From assembly GCA_041483895.1 (NCBI GenBank), contig JBGPGO010000002.1, forward strand, positions 32,001-96,000: 64,000 nucleotides of DNA. The letters are read 5' to 3'. Positions 29,242-38,981 of the stretch are shown here, piece by piece. A model generated the notes under the pieces. The model was given only the letters and a program-made list of their open reading frames with translations, ran no database searches and had not been told where the DNA came from. The DNA is from Fimbriimonadia bacterium. Lineage in GTDB: Bacteria > Armatimonadota > Fimbriimonadia > Fimbriimonadales > JABRVX01. The position numbers and the translations under genes were made by a program. Numbering within the stretch: position 1 is the stretch's first letter; every line of letters starts with the position of its first letter.

Positions 29242-30945
29242 ATGAAAGCCTGCCAAGCCGTCCTCGGCCTGTGTGCCCTCGTTTCGGTGGGTTTCGCCCA
29301 GGCTCCATCCACCTGGCCAGCGGCAGAGTACAAACGGTACGTCGAGCTCAACGGCAAGTTCGGGCAGCCAAAGCTGCAGGTGATTGCCAAGACCGCAATG
29401 ATAGCGGCAACCACCGGCCCCCTCGCCATCCATTCCGGCCTCAAAGTGTTGGAGATGGGCGGCAGCGCAGTTGATGCCGCCGCCGCGATAAGCCTCGCGC
29501 AGATCGTCCTCAGCGGCGGGTCATGGAACAGCTTCGCCGGCATCTTCAACATGGTCTATTACGACGCGAAGACCAAAAAGGTGTACTGCCTGAACGCGGG
29601 ATACGACACGTTCAAAGAGGAGACTGAGCCGCTGACGATCCCAGCCAAAGGCAAACCCAGTGGGCGCACGGCGATGGTGCCCGGCTACATCGCTGGCGTC
29701 ACGGAAGCACAGAAGCGATTCGGAAAACTGACGCGAGAAACGGTGTTTGCCGCCGCCATCGATCTCGCCGAAAAGGGAATTCCGGTTGACTACGCGCTTG
29801 ACTTGATCATCAATAGCCGCAAGGATGTAATCACGAGGCTGCCGGAAATGAAGGCCATATTGACCAAACCAGATGGAAGTTTCTACAAGCTCGGGGAGAC
29901 GTTCAAACAGACGGACCTCGCGAGCACATTGCGGAAGGTTGCGGCGCTAGGTCCCGACTACATTTACAAGGGTGCGTGGGCGAAGAAGTTTGTCAGCACT
30001 ATCAAGCGGGAGGGCGGCAAGGCCACGCTGGAAGACCTGAGCAGCTACAAGGCAACATGGTCCGAGCCGTTGCACGCAAAGCTGAACGGTGCGGATGTGT
30101 ACACGGTAGGGATACTAGAGCTGGGAGGCGTCCAGTTGGTGGAGGCGCTGAATCTGGTGGAGGCGGATCACCTATCGCAAAAAGGATCGCCCACCAGCTC
30201 GGCACGGGCGCTGTTCGATCTGATCCAGATTGGCCGAATCGGGCACATCAACAGTTACCTGATGTCAACGCCGTATACGGACGCCGCATTTGAAAACCGC
30301 GTCAAGCCGGAGGCAGCGATACAGACGTTGAAGAAACTGAAGCAGCCGAAAACGGTCGGCGCCATCAAGGTCGGGAATCATTCCGACGGAATTGTCGTCG
30401 TGGACAAAGACGGCAATATCGCGGCCCTCGTTCACTCCAGCAACGATATCAGTTGGGGGACAACCGGCATCTTTGTCGATGGCATTTCCATCCCCGACTC
30501 GGCCTCCTTCCAGCAGGATTTCGTGCTAAAGGCGGGTCCTGGAAAGCGGTTTCCCAATCGCACGAATCCAACGATTGTGCTGCGCGACGGCAAGCCGGTT
30601 CTCGCCTGCAGCGCCGTCGGCGCGGGCCTGCACGAAACGATGCTGCAGGGTCTCGTCTATTGCCTTCTATATGGAAAAGACCCGAAGGCCACGATAGACA
30701 GCCCCACGTATTGGCTGCCCGACTTTACGGGGAAAGGCTTCGAGTATCAGACGGTGAATAAGGGCGCTTTCCCGGCAGATGTATTGGAGTCGGTCCGCAA
30801 GATGGGCCAGCAGGTGTTGGAGATTGAGCCGAAGCAAGGCTTTTCGCTGATTGGGTACTGGATCGGCGTCCAGCTTGATCCGGCGACGCGGGAGCTCAAG
30901 GGCGCGGTCAACCCGATTCTCAATGGGATCGTCGAAGGCTACTAG
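29242..30945 (+). CDS. Secreted gamma-glutamyltransferase-family Ntn hydrolase (Ser at nucleophile position)
   Basis: GGSAVDAAAA, VPGYIAG...RFGKL, HSDGIVVVDKDGN, PGKRFP. Confidence 0.85.
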   Translation: MKACQAVLGLCALVSVGFAQAPSTWPAAEYKRYVELNGKFGQPKLQVIAKTAMIAATTGPLAIHSGLKVLEMGGSAVDAAAAISLAQIVLSGGSWNSFAGIFNMVYYDAKTKKVYCLNAGYDTFKEETEPLTIPAKGKPSGRTAMVPGYIAGVTEAQKRFGKLTRETVFAAAIDLAEKGIPVDYALDLIINSRKDVITRLPEMKAILTKPDGSFYKLGETFKQTDLASTLRKVAALGPDYIYKGAWAKKFVSTIKREGGKATLEDLSSYKATWSEPLHAKLNGADVYTVGILELGGVQLVEALNLVEADHLSQKGSPTSSARALFDLIQIGRIGHINSYLMSTPYTDAAFENRVKPEAAIQTLKKLKQPKTVGAIKVGNHSDGIVVVDKDGNIAALVHSSNDISWGTTGIFVDGISIPDSASFQQDFVLKAGPGKRFPNRTNPTIVLRDGKPVLACSAVGAGLHETMLQGLVYCLLYGKDPKATIDSPTYWLPDFTGKGFEYQTVNKGAFPADVLESVRKMGQQVLEIEPKQGFSLIGYWIGVQLDPATRELKGAVNPILNGIVEGY

Positions 30946-31083
30946 AGACACATCGTACTAAGTCGCTAAATTACCCGCAACGATAACCGGCGGATTGGCA
31001 CGCCATGTGCATCTCACCCCATGCCCGGCGTGGGCTTGGGAAGGCCATGCCGCAGCATAAGCCATTCGATGAGGTGCTATCCC

Positions 31084-31893
31084 GTGCTCAAAACATACCC
31101 CGTGCTCACGGGAGTCTGCTTGCTGGCAATATCAGCGCATGCGGCTCCATTCAAAGCTCAAAACGTCATCGTTTCTGAATCCACGCTGGTCCGACACCTG
31201 GACTCCATGGGCTTTCAAGGCTCGTCCGCTGTCATGACCTCCAATCACATCGGTCGAATTAATAACTCGGTCCTCTATGGGCCGGACGGCGCGTTCGGTT
31301 GGTCGGACAACATTGCGAGGGACATGGATGCCAACGCCAACAAATATGAGATCAATCCCGATTGCGCCGACGTCTCCGAGCCATATCTCAATGAAGCCTT
31401 CGCGCAAGGGACGCTGCAAGAGGTGTTTGGACAGAAAAACCTCAACCATCTGATGGATAGCGAAGGTTCGCGCCGCTGGTCCATGGACATGTTCTTCGAC
31501 GGCTTCTCGCTTGCATACGATAACGACCGTAGCTCCGTCGAGCTCGCGTTGTTCGAGCGCGGAATGAACAGCGACATCTTCGTTCGCGGCATCTATCGCG
31601 ACGGGGACGCTCTCGGCTACACGAGCGGGATTCTGATCACTCGCGACATGTATGGCGACGCCAACTTCGCGCTCGATACGTTGGAGATTGGGAATGCGCA
31701 GGAGATCGGCGCAGTGGGTCTTGACATCTTGGACCTGGGGATCGCTCCGTCAAATCTGATCGGCGTGGAGCTGATCGCCGAGCCCGGCTACAACGGTCCG
31801 GACATCGTAAACATCGGCGTCGTTCCGGAGCCGGCATCGGTGGCGGGCATCCTTCTCGGGGCCGTCGCCCTTCTGATCCGACGCAAGAGATAA
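31084..31893 (+). CDS. PEP-CTERM exosortase substrate (resembles XDP2-type surface proteins)
   Basis: Signal peptide; LFERGMNSD; C-terminal VPEPASVAGILLGAVALLIRRKR. Confidence 0.88.
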   Translation: MLKTYPVLTGVCLLAISAHAAPFKAQNVIVSESTLVRHLDSMGFQGSSAVMTSNHIGRINNSVLYGPDGAFGWSDNIARDMDANANKYEINPDCADVSEPYLNEAFAQGTLQEVFGQKNLNHLMDSEGSRRWSMDMFFDGFSLAYDNDRSSVELALFERGMNSDIFVRGIYRDGDALGYTSGILITRDMYGDANFALDTLEIGNAQEIGAVGLDILDLGIAPSNLIGVELIAEPGYNGPDIVNIGVVPEPASVAGILLGAVALLIRRKR

Positions 31894-31908
31894 TTGGCGA
31901 TCTGTCGT

Positions 31909-31933
31909 CCCTTCACAGTGCGACTGTGAAGGG
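31909..31933. repeat. 25-bp palindrome CCCTTCACAGT-GCG-ACTGTGAAGGG
   Basis: Identical copy at 61359-61383. Confidence 0.8.
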
Positions 31934-31945
31934 TCGTAAAAAAAG

Positions 31946-31972
31946 TTGGCCGGTCCGTACAGGACCGGCCAA
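31946..31972 (-). terminator. Intrinsic terminator for DUF4097 gene
   Basis: TTGGCCGGTCC-GTACA-GGACCGGCCAA with A7 on plus strand (U-tract on minus). Confidence 0.75.
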
Positions 31973-32008
31973 GAGTAACAACCCGATTTCCTAACGGAAA
32001 TCAGCGAG

Positions 32009-33208
32009 TTAATTCAGACATTTCATTTCCAGGTGCACGTCGCCGCTGATCGCGCTGACGTCGAACGTGCCTGTGCCATCGCCGCACTGCCCGGTAATGC
32101 GCCGCTCGCTCTTGATCTCGTCATCGAGATGCAGCTCGTTCGCCACGTCCCCACTGAGCGAGGACAGGCTCACGCGGCAATTGCCACCATCCGGTATCTG
32201 CGCCTTGATGTCGCCATTGACCGAGCGCAGATTGCACTTTCCATTGACGGGGCCGTCGAACAGGGCGTCGATATCGCCGCTGATCGTTTCCAGAGAAACG
32301 GTGGCGCCATCGATCTCTTCCATCTTGAGGTCGCCGCTTGCGGTCCGGATGTTGATGTTCCCCTTGGCATTCTTGACCGAAATATCGCCGGATCGGCTTT
32401 CGACCGTCAACTGATTGCCGGTGAAGTCCGAAAGCGATATGTCGCCGGATGTCGTCTGTATCTGCAGGCGATCGGTTACGTCCGCAATCGTCACGTCGCC
32501 GTTCGTCATCTGCAGCTTCACAGCCGCTTTCGTGCCCTTCATATCGACGTAGCCGTTTACCGACTTCACATCAAGGATGACGCCTTCCGGCAGCGAGATA
32601 TCTAGGTTGCATCGAACCGTACCGACGCTGGGCCCAGGCAGTTTCAATACGGCCTCTCCGCCGCTCTCTTCCACGATCATGGACCAGGCGGCGATCCGCT
32701 TTTCGGTTTCCGCTTCGTCGCGGCCGCGAACCTCGGCCTCGGCGACCACCTTCTGCTCGCTCGCTCCGCCGCGAACGGTCAAGTCGCCGTTCGTGAGTTC
32801 TACGCGCAATGTGTTTCCCGCGACCAGGGAAAGCGGAAGCTCCTGATGCTTGTTCGCGGTGTGGCGGCCAAAAACCATCTTCCAGTCGCCGCGGCCGATC
32901 TGTTCCAGGTCCGTTCGCAGCTTGCCCCAGCCTGTAGACGCCGCCGAGCGGATCTTTTCCGAAATCTCGGGCCAATTTACGCGCTCCATGGCGTCGCGGG
33001 TCGTGCGGTCGAAGGCCTCGAATAGAGAATCGATCGTGTCTTTCCGGGTCCCCGTGGCAGTTCCGGCGCGCTGCTGTTCATGCGTGCGCTGTTCCTCCGC
33101 GTCGCGCCGCTCTCCGCTCGTGATCGCATCGATCAGGTCCGCGGCCTGATCGGCGGTCAGCTTGCCGTCCTCAACCATCTTCGCAATACGTTGGATCTCG
33201 TCTCTCAT
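32009..33208 (-). CDS. DUF4097 beta-strand-repeat protein with N-terminal SHOCT-like domain
   Basis: EIQRIAKMVEDGKLTADQAADLI; repeated [TS]xSGD[IL] motifs. Confidence 0.85.
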   Translation of the reverse strand: MRDEIQRIAKMVEDGKLTADQAADLIDAITSGERRDAEEQRTHEQQRAGTATGTRKDTIDSLFEAFDRTTRDAMERVNWPEISEKIRSAASTGWGKLRTDLEQIGRGDWKMVFGRHTANKHQELPLSLVAGNTLRVELTNGDLTVRGGASEQKVVAEAEVRGRDEAETEKRIAAWSMIVEESGGEAVLKLPGPSVGTVRCNLDISLPEGVILDVKSVNGYVDMKGTKAAVKLQMTNGDVTIADVTDRLQIQTTSGDISLSDFTGNQLTVESRSGDISVKNAKGNINIRTASGDLKMEEIDGATVSLETISGDIDALFDGPVNGKCNLRSVNGDIKAQIPDGGNCRVSLSSLSGDVANELHLDDEIKSERRITGQCGDGTGTFDVSAISGDVHLEMKCLN

Positions 33209-33219
33209 GTCTCCCTCCA

Positions 33220-33612
33220 TTACTTCGCGCCTCTCAAAGCTTCGCTGGCCTGTTGCGCGGTGATCTCTCCCCGCTCCAGTTGGTCCAAAACGGATTGGCG
33301 GCTTTTTGACCGCTCCTCCGGTTTTTCATTCGGCCGGTCTTCGGGCGTGGGAGCAAGTCCCAACGCGTCGAGCAGCACGTCGAGCCGGGAACGGACTGTC
33401 GGATAAGAGATGCCCAACTCGCGCTCCACTCCGTTCAAAACGCCCCTGCAGCGCAGGAAGACCTCCAAGAAGTGGGCCTGGTCCTTATCGAGCCGGTTGA
33501 ACCGTGACGTGCCGAATTGCCCGCTGAGGACCGAGCCGCAATCCTCGCAGGTGAGCTCTGAGATATAGAAGCTCCCTTCGCACACAGGACATCGGTTGGG
33601 TTGTTTGTGCAT
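33220..33612 (-). CDS. DUF2089 family (Zn-ribbon/HTH) protein
   Basis: CPVC..CEDC, ERELGISYPTVRSRLD. Confidence 0.9.
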   Translation of the reverse strand: MHKQPNRCPVCEGSFYISELTCEDCGSVLSGQFGTSRFNRLDKDQAHFLEVFLRCRGVLNGVERELGISYPTVRSRLDVLLDALGLAPTPEDRPNEKPEERSKSRQSVLDQLERGEITAQQASEALRGAK

Positions 33613-33707
33613 TCAATCGCTCCCTGTCTTCATCTTTAGTCACTATACTTACGAATTATCAAGGTTGGTTGCAAATTTTGATTGAATATTCTTAATTAGG
33701 GCTTAAG

Positions 33708-33868
33708 GTCATTTCGAGCTTGTCGAGAAATCCCTTTCCGTTCGGTGGCGACCACGCTGTCATTCCGAAGCGAAGCGAGGAATCCCTTTCTGAAGCCTCC
33801 TTCGTACACGAGGCCCGGTTGCCAGTGGAAGGTCCGGAAAGGGATTCCTCGCTTCGCTTCGGAATGAC
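33708..33868. repeat. REP-like cluster, GTCATT(T/C)CG...GGAATCC family (three units, one inverted pair)
   Basis: GTCATTCCGAAGCGAAGCGAGGAATCCCTTTC / GAAAGGGATTCCTCGCTTCGCTTCGGAATGAC; same family as 14727-14840. Confidence 0.85.
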
Positions 33869-33886
33869 GGCCGCAGGCAAATGCAA

Positions 33887-33915
33887 TCGTGCCCGCGCCG
33901 AAGGCGCGGGCACGA
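33887..33915. terminator. GC-rich hairpin, possible terminator
   Basis: TCGTGCCCGCGCC-GAA-GGCGCGGGCACGA. Confidence 0.5.
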
Positions 33916-33937
33916 GATCAGACAGCAAACGAGCAGG

Positions 33938-34729
33938 CTACTTGAGCTGCTGAATCTTGAACGTCATCTTCAGGGTGCCTTCTACCGGAACATTCGGGAT
34001 GAAGAAACCGGTGCCTTTGCCCTCACCCTTGACCAGCATGCCGGTAGCTAGGTCTATCCAGTAGGTCGAGTTGACCTTGATCGAGCCTTGGTCATCGGCA
34101 TAAGGCTTCTCGATGTATGCATGCTCGATTTTGGCGCACTTGACGCCGTTCACGGTCTCGAAAGCAACGAGCTTGTGCGTGGCTGTTCCGGCGCGCCAGC
34201 CCTTGGCCTTATCCTCTTTGAACTCGTGGGTCCAGGCATCGCCGACGCCAAGGGCCTTGTCCGAGTAGATGGGAGCCATAGCCAGCGTAAGCCGCTTGCC
34301 AAAATCGCCGTCATCAGCGTTTGCCGATTCGAAGTCGATGGGAGTGTTGTTCGCGGAGACCGTTGACTTCTCCGTATCTGTGGGGGGCTCGTCCATAACA
34401 ACGTTGCCGTTTAAGGTGACCTTCATGGCCGTGTACTTGCTTTCGATCTTAGCGCTGCCGTCCTCGTTGACCTTCTGGACGGTGTCTTCCGTCTCGATGT
34501 TGACGTCAATGTTGGTGGCTTCGGCGGATACCTTTTCCGGCTGCATCTGGACGTCGATCTTCATCTTGTACTTCTGGCTGGCCTTGAATACATGCTTGAT
34601 AAGGGACTTCGTAGCTGCCAGGCTCGGATCCTGGCCGCCGGCCGGCGGGGCCGTGGTGGCCTGGGCCATAACCGAGACGCCCAACGTGGCCGCGGCGACA
34701 ACCATGGCCATTCTGGTGAGTAACCTCAT
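33938..34729 (-). CDS. Secreted hypothetical protein
   Basis: RBS AGGAG, signal peptide, LGVGDAWT..VNGVKCAKI motif. Confidence 0.75.
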   Translation of the reverse strand: MRLLTRMAMVVAAATLGVSVMAQATTAPPAGGQDPSLAATKSLIKHVFKASQKYKMKIDVQMQPEKVSAEATNIDVNIETEDTVQKVNEDGSAKIESKYTAMKVTLNGNVVMDEPPTDTEKSTVSANNTPIDFESANADDGDFGKRLTLAMAPIYSDKALGVGDAWTHEFKEDKAKGWRAGTATHKLVAFETVNGVKCAKIEHAYIEKPYADDQGSIKVNSTYWIDLATGMLVKGEGKGTGFFIPNVPVEGTLKMTFKIQQLK

Positions 34730-34882
34730 TGTTCTTCTCCTATTGATATGGGCGCCCGTGGTCATACCGATGGGTACGCGGATTCGCAGGACTGCCCGTT
34801 TACCGTACGACTTCGCCATTATGTACTATGGTTACAGTTGGCGCAAGATATAGGGCCGAGTGGCCCAAAAGATAGCATTTTG

Positions 34883-35704
34883 TCAAAAACCCTTCGAACT
34901 TCCTTTGCTGGAGGGCAGCCGGGTTGCGTCGGCATAGGCCTTAAGGTCGAGCGCCTTCAGCATCTCCTTCGCAGTGCGCACCGTCTTTGAATCCATCAAC
35001 CCGCTGGAGATGGCAATCTTGTAGTTCGCGACCGCGTCCGCTTTCCGGCCGGCCTTTTCGAAGATTACTCCTGCATGCAGGTAGATTTCCGGGTTTGGCT
35101 GAGGGCTTTTCTTATCAAGTGTCAGCGCGCGCTCGATGCGCGGTATCGCCTCCGCCATGGCTCCCTTCTTAAAGAGGATCCAGGCGTAAGTGTCATTCGT
35201 TGAAGGATGATTCGGCTCATATTCTAAGCCGACTTTGGCCATGCTCAGCGCCTTGTTCAGATCGCCGCCCGTTTCGCAAAGAATGTATGCGTAGTCGTTT
35301 TGAATCTTCCGGTTGGAAGGGCTCAGCTCCATCGCCTTCTTGAAATGCTCGATCGCCTTCTCTCCCTTGCCGGTCTCGAAGTAATCGACGGCCAAAAACT
35401 GATGAAGCCGCGCCTGATCGTCCCGCGGCAACCTCGCCACCTTGTCCATCTCAGCCTCGATTGCCACAATGGATCCCGCATGCTGGTTCTTGTGAATATA
35501 GATGTCGCGAACCATCTCGAATGTCCTCAGAGAAACGTCTTCTCGTTCAAATATCTTCTTCGAGATGGCGGTGGCACGATCCAACTCCCCGGCGCCTGCT
35601 GCAATCGACAGCTGGTCCGAAAGGGACAACTTGTCCGCCTCAGGGCGCGGACCCATACAGCCGCACAGCACCAGCGGGACCAGCCAAGCTATTCTTCTAT
35701 ACAT
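34883..35704 (-). CDS. TPR-repeat lipoprotein
   Basis: Lipobox LCGC; NDYAYIL, NDTYAWILFKKG, EIYLHAGVIF TPR helices. Confidence 0.85.
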   Translation of the reverse strand: MYRRIAWLVPLVLCGCMGPRPEADKLSLSDQLSIAAGAGELDRATAISKKIFEREDVSLRTFEMVRDIYIHKNQHAGSIVAIEAEMDKVARLPRDDQARLHQFLAVDYFETGKGEKAIEHFKKAMELSPSNRKIQNDYAYILCETGGDLNKALSMAKVGLEYEPNHPSTNDTYAWILFKKGAMAEAIPRIERALTLDKKSPQPNPEIYLHAGVIFEKAGRKADAVANYKIAISSGLMDSKTVRTAKEMLKALDLKAYADATRLPSSKGSSKGF

Positions 35705-36321
35705 CGCAGGATCTCCTCACTCGGGATAGCGCCTTCTCTCAATACGCGGGCCGGGCCGGCGCTCGCGTCAACCACGGTCGAGGCCACCCCGGCCGGTTCC
35801 GGACCGCCTGTCAGTATCATCGCCAAGCCGTGGGGGAAGTAGGCAGCAACCTCTTCCGCCGACCTGGCCCCTGGACTGCCCGACGGGTTCGCGCTCGTGC
35901 AGGCCACCGGTCCCCCGAACTCGCGAAGGACCGCCATCATGACCGGATGGGACGGAACTCGCAAGGCTGCGGTGTTGTTCTCGCCCTGTGCCTCCGGCGC
36001 AATCGCGGGATCGGCCGGTACCACAATAGTTATCGGTCCCGGCGAGAACCTGCCGAAGAGCTTTCGGGCCGCGGCGGGGACGGGCTGAGTCCAATAGGGC
36101 GGCTCCGGCGCGGCAGCCTGAACCGGCAGCGGGTGGGCCTCTCTCCGGCCTTTCAGAGCGCAGAGCCGCCGGCAGGCCTCTTGGTTCCGAGCGTCGCAGG
36201 CCAGCCCGAAAAGGGTCTCGTTGATGATCGCAACGATGCCGCCTTTCGTGATCTCCACAGCGGCCTCCTCGATTGCCGGCTCTCTGCCCGTCGGGTTTGG
36301 ACCCAGATCGACGATGCACAT
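35689..36321 (-). CDS. tsaC: L-threonylcarbamoyladenylate synthase (Sua5/YrdC)
   Basis: ETLFGLACDA, LKGR, PGPIT, LRVP, TSANPSG, STVVD, LREGAI. Confidence 0.9.
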   Translation of the reverse strand: MCIVDLGPNPTGREPAIEEAAVEITKGGIVAIINETLFGLACDARNQEACRRLCALKGRREAHPLPVQAAAPEPPYWTQPVPAAARKLFGRFSPGPITIVVPADPAIAPEAQGENNTAALRVPSHPVMMAVLREFGGPVACTSANPSGSPGARSAEEVAAYFPHGLAMILTGGPEPAGVASTVVDASAGPARVLREGAIPSEEILRCIEE

Positions 36322-36364
36322 GGGGGAAGTCTATCTCTTTCTTGGGAAACGGGGACTCAAAGGC

Positions 36365-36393
36365 TTGCCAATGGATGGGTCCCGCGATATACT
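36365..36393 (+). promoter_or_regulatory. Sigma70-type promoter for 36416 gene
   Basis: TTGCCA-N17-TATACT, followed by AAGGAGG RBS. Confidence 0.65.
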
Positions 36394-36415
36394 ATTTGTT
36401 GAAAGGAGGCGCCAA

Positions 36416-37519
36416 ATGAAGCCAATCATTGGCATGGCGCTGGTTTTCATCGCGGGCGTCTGCCTGGCGAAGGACGTTGGGGTCTTCGCCACAGGCCGCA
36501 TGAACGGCGCCGCCAATAACATCAAATCAGGCGCCAATGTCGCCACTTTACGGTCGATTTGGGAAGGGTACGGCGCCGCATGGAGCGAGGCCGACCTGAT
36601 AACGCCCGAATTCCTCAGCGGTGTGAAAGTGTTTTACACGGGAAACATCGCGAATATTCCATTTACCACCGCCGAGCAGGACGCCACGGTGAATTGGGTC
36701 AAGAGTGGTGGCGTTCTGGTTGTTACCGGGGAGTGTGGGTGAACGGGGAACCAAGCCGCATACAATACTATCCTGAATCGATTCGGAGTTACAATCCAGG
36801 GTACTACGTATTACGGCGATGGTCAGGTTCTGACCAATCATCCCATTACCAACGGCCTCACGACCGTCTATATCGCGAAGAACGGCTATCTGGTCGGTCC
36901 CGCGTCGGCCCTTCATCTCATTAAGGACAATGCCTCTGAGTTAGCGGCGTTGGTCATGGAGGGGACAGCCGAGGTCGGTTCGGGCAAGCTGTTTGTCATC
37001 GGTGATTCCGATATGTTCACCGAATACTACATGTCTAACTATCCTACCGGTCCGGCGATCGCCCGAAACATCGCCAAATGGGCCCTCGGATACAATCTAC
37101 TCAAGGGAAAGGTCACTCCCGCCGACTTCACTGGTGCGTTGGTCGGAATGACGCTGGACCTGGCTTTTTATCAGAACGACACATTGGCTTTCCAGGACAC
37201 CGTGCCGCTGGACGCGACCGGCAACTACGAATGTCAGCTATCCCAAGCGGGAACGTTCGACATCGTTGCCAAATGCGATCACTGGCTGTCCCGGCGGGTC
37301 AGTAACGTCGATCTCTCCGTATCGAACCCAGTGATCGACTGGGACCTAGCCGTCAATGGCGATACGGATCACAATAACGCCATCGGGCTGTATGACCTGA
37401 ACCCGCTGTTCGTGGGTTATGGTGATGCCGATCCATCGATCGATTTGGACGGAGACGGTGTGATCACTATCAAGGACATCAATCTCGTCTTTGTCAATTT
37501 CGGCATGGCCGGCGAATAA
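36416..37519 (+). CDS. Secreted GATase-like (DUF4350-like) + dockerin-like protein with in-frame TGA at codon 109 (candidate selenoprotein, or recent pseudogene)
   Basis: ORFs 36221-36742 and 36950-37519 share one frame with only TGA 36740-36742 between them; TGA aligns with Cys in paralog 38982-40097. Confidence 0.75.
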
Positions 37520-37528
37520 CGGGCATGT

Positions 37529-37552
37529 GGCCCGGCGCTTTCGCGCCGGGCC
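37529..37552 (+). terminator. Hairpin GGCCCGGCGC-TTTC-GCGCCGGGCC (copy 1)
   Basis: Identical to 38887-38910; directly after stop. Confidence 0.65.
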
Positions 37553-37772
37553 ATTGTTTAAATTTAGGCGACGTAGCCGAGTTCGGCCATCCGCATTGCC
37601 TTGCAGGACGTATCCATCAATCGCCAACCTTTGACTCCACCAGTTTTGCACCCTAGCAAATATCTGTAGTTACTGTTTACGACGCGTAAAATCTCGACTA
37701 GAAAGTTCGCCGCGCCTGTGATAACGTGAGGAAAACGATTCGTTCGATTTCTTTCATTAAAGGAGAGCGGAT

Positions 37773-38879
37773 ATGAAGTACTCGCTGGGCATCCTATTGC
37801 TTTTCACAACTCTCACCTGTCCGGCGACGGACGTCGGTATTTTCGATGCGAGCCGAATGAACGGGGCAGGGCTAGTCCTATCCACGGGTAGCCAGGTTTC
37901 TTCGTTTCGGGCAATTTGGCAGGATAATGGCGCTGCATGGCGGGCAACGGGTGTGTTGACTCCATCCTTCTTGGCGTCGGTAACGGTATTTGTCACCGGA
38001 CAAATCAACGCTACTGGGTTGACGGCGGCTGAACAGACGGCTCTTGTCGCGTGGGTCAATGGCGGCGGCACCTTGGTGGTGACTGGCGAGAGCGCCGGAT
38101 TGGGAAGTCAGCCGGCATATTCGACGATGCTAAATCCCTTTGGCGTCACGATCAGTGGTACGACGGCGACCGGAACAGGTTCAGTTCTCGGCGCCCATCC
38201 AATCACCCAGGGAGTGGGCGGCGTTTATATGGTAACGAACGGCCGTCTCACCGGACCGGCGTCAAGTCTACAACTCATCAATGACCCGGACGGCTACCTC
38301 GCCGGTCTTGTCATGGAGGGCACGTCTGAAGTCGGCGCCGGAAGGCTTTTCGCGTTTGGCGACTTCGATACGTTGACGAACGGACACTTGCCTCACCATT
38401 CGGACCTGCAAACGTTGGTCCGAAACATCGCTAAATGGGCGATGGCTCCGAAGAGCATATTGAAAGGCGCGGTTCTGTTAGGGAATTTCGTCGGCGATCC
38501 GACAGGCAAGACGCTGGACCTAAGCTTCCAACAGGGCGGGAACTTGATCTTTGCAGGCTCAGCCGTTCTCGATTCCCAGGGCAACTATCAGTACGCCACG
38601 ACGAATGCGGGGACGTTCGACGTTGTGGCCAAGGCCGATTGCTGGCTATCTTCCAAGATCACGGGTGTAGTCCTTGACCTCTCCACAAAGACTTTGGATT
38701 GGGATTTGCCGATCAACGGAGATGTAGACGAAAATAACGCTGTCGATTTGCTAGATTTGAACTCGATTATGGTCAATTTCGGCGAAACTGGCTCGATGGC
38801 CGATTTGGACGGAGATGGAACCGTCGGGTTGCCGGACCTAAACCTTGTGTTCTTGAACTTCGGCCTGACGGGAGAGTAG
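37773..38879 (+). CDS. Secreted GATase-like + dockerin-like protein (paralog 2)
   Basis: RBS AAGGAG; AEQTALVAWVNGGGTLVVTGE; NGDVDENNAVDLLDLN..DLDGDGTVGLPDLN. Confidence 0.85.
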   Translation: MKYSLGILLLFTTLTCPATDVGIFDASRMNGAGLVLSTGSQVSSFRAIWQDNGAAWRATGVLTPSFLASVTVFVTGQINATGLTAAEQTALVAWVNGGGTLVVTGESAGLGSQPAYSTMLNPFGVTISGTTATGTGSVLGAHPITQGVGGVYMVTNGRLTGPASSLQLINDPDGYLAGLVMEGTSEVGAGRLFAFGDFDTLTNGHLPHHSDLQTLVRNIAKWAMAPKSILKGAVLLGNFVGDPTGKTLDLSFQQGGNLIFAGSAVLDSQGNYQYATTNAGTFDVVAKADCWLSSKITGVVLDLSTKTLDWDLPINGDVDENNAVDLLDLNSIMVNFGETGSMADLDGDGTVGLPDLNLVFLNFGLTGE

Positions 38880-38886
38880 TTTTCCG

Positions 38887-38910
38887 GGCCCGGCGCTTTC
38901 GCGCCGGGCC
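38887..38910 (+). terminator. Hairpin GGCCCGGCGC-TTTC-GCGCCGGGCC (copy 2)
   Basis: Identical to 37529-37552, followed by T-rich run. Confidence 0.65.
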
Positions 38911-38981
38911 AATTGCTTTTCCTTCCTCAGCGAAAATGCTTTCAGGACGGGCATTTCCGCGATATACTGCCTATCGGTACC

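Noticed and set aside
36740..36742. Genome-wide UGA reassignment (code 4/25)
   Set aside because: Many genes here end properly in TGA (nuoH, nuoM, mrr, hicA, hicB) and Trp is TGG.
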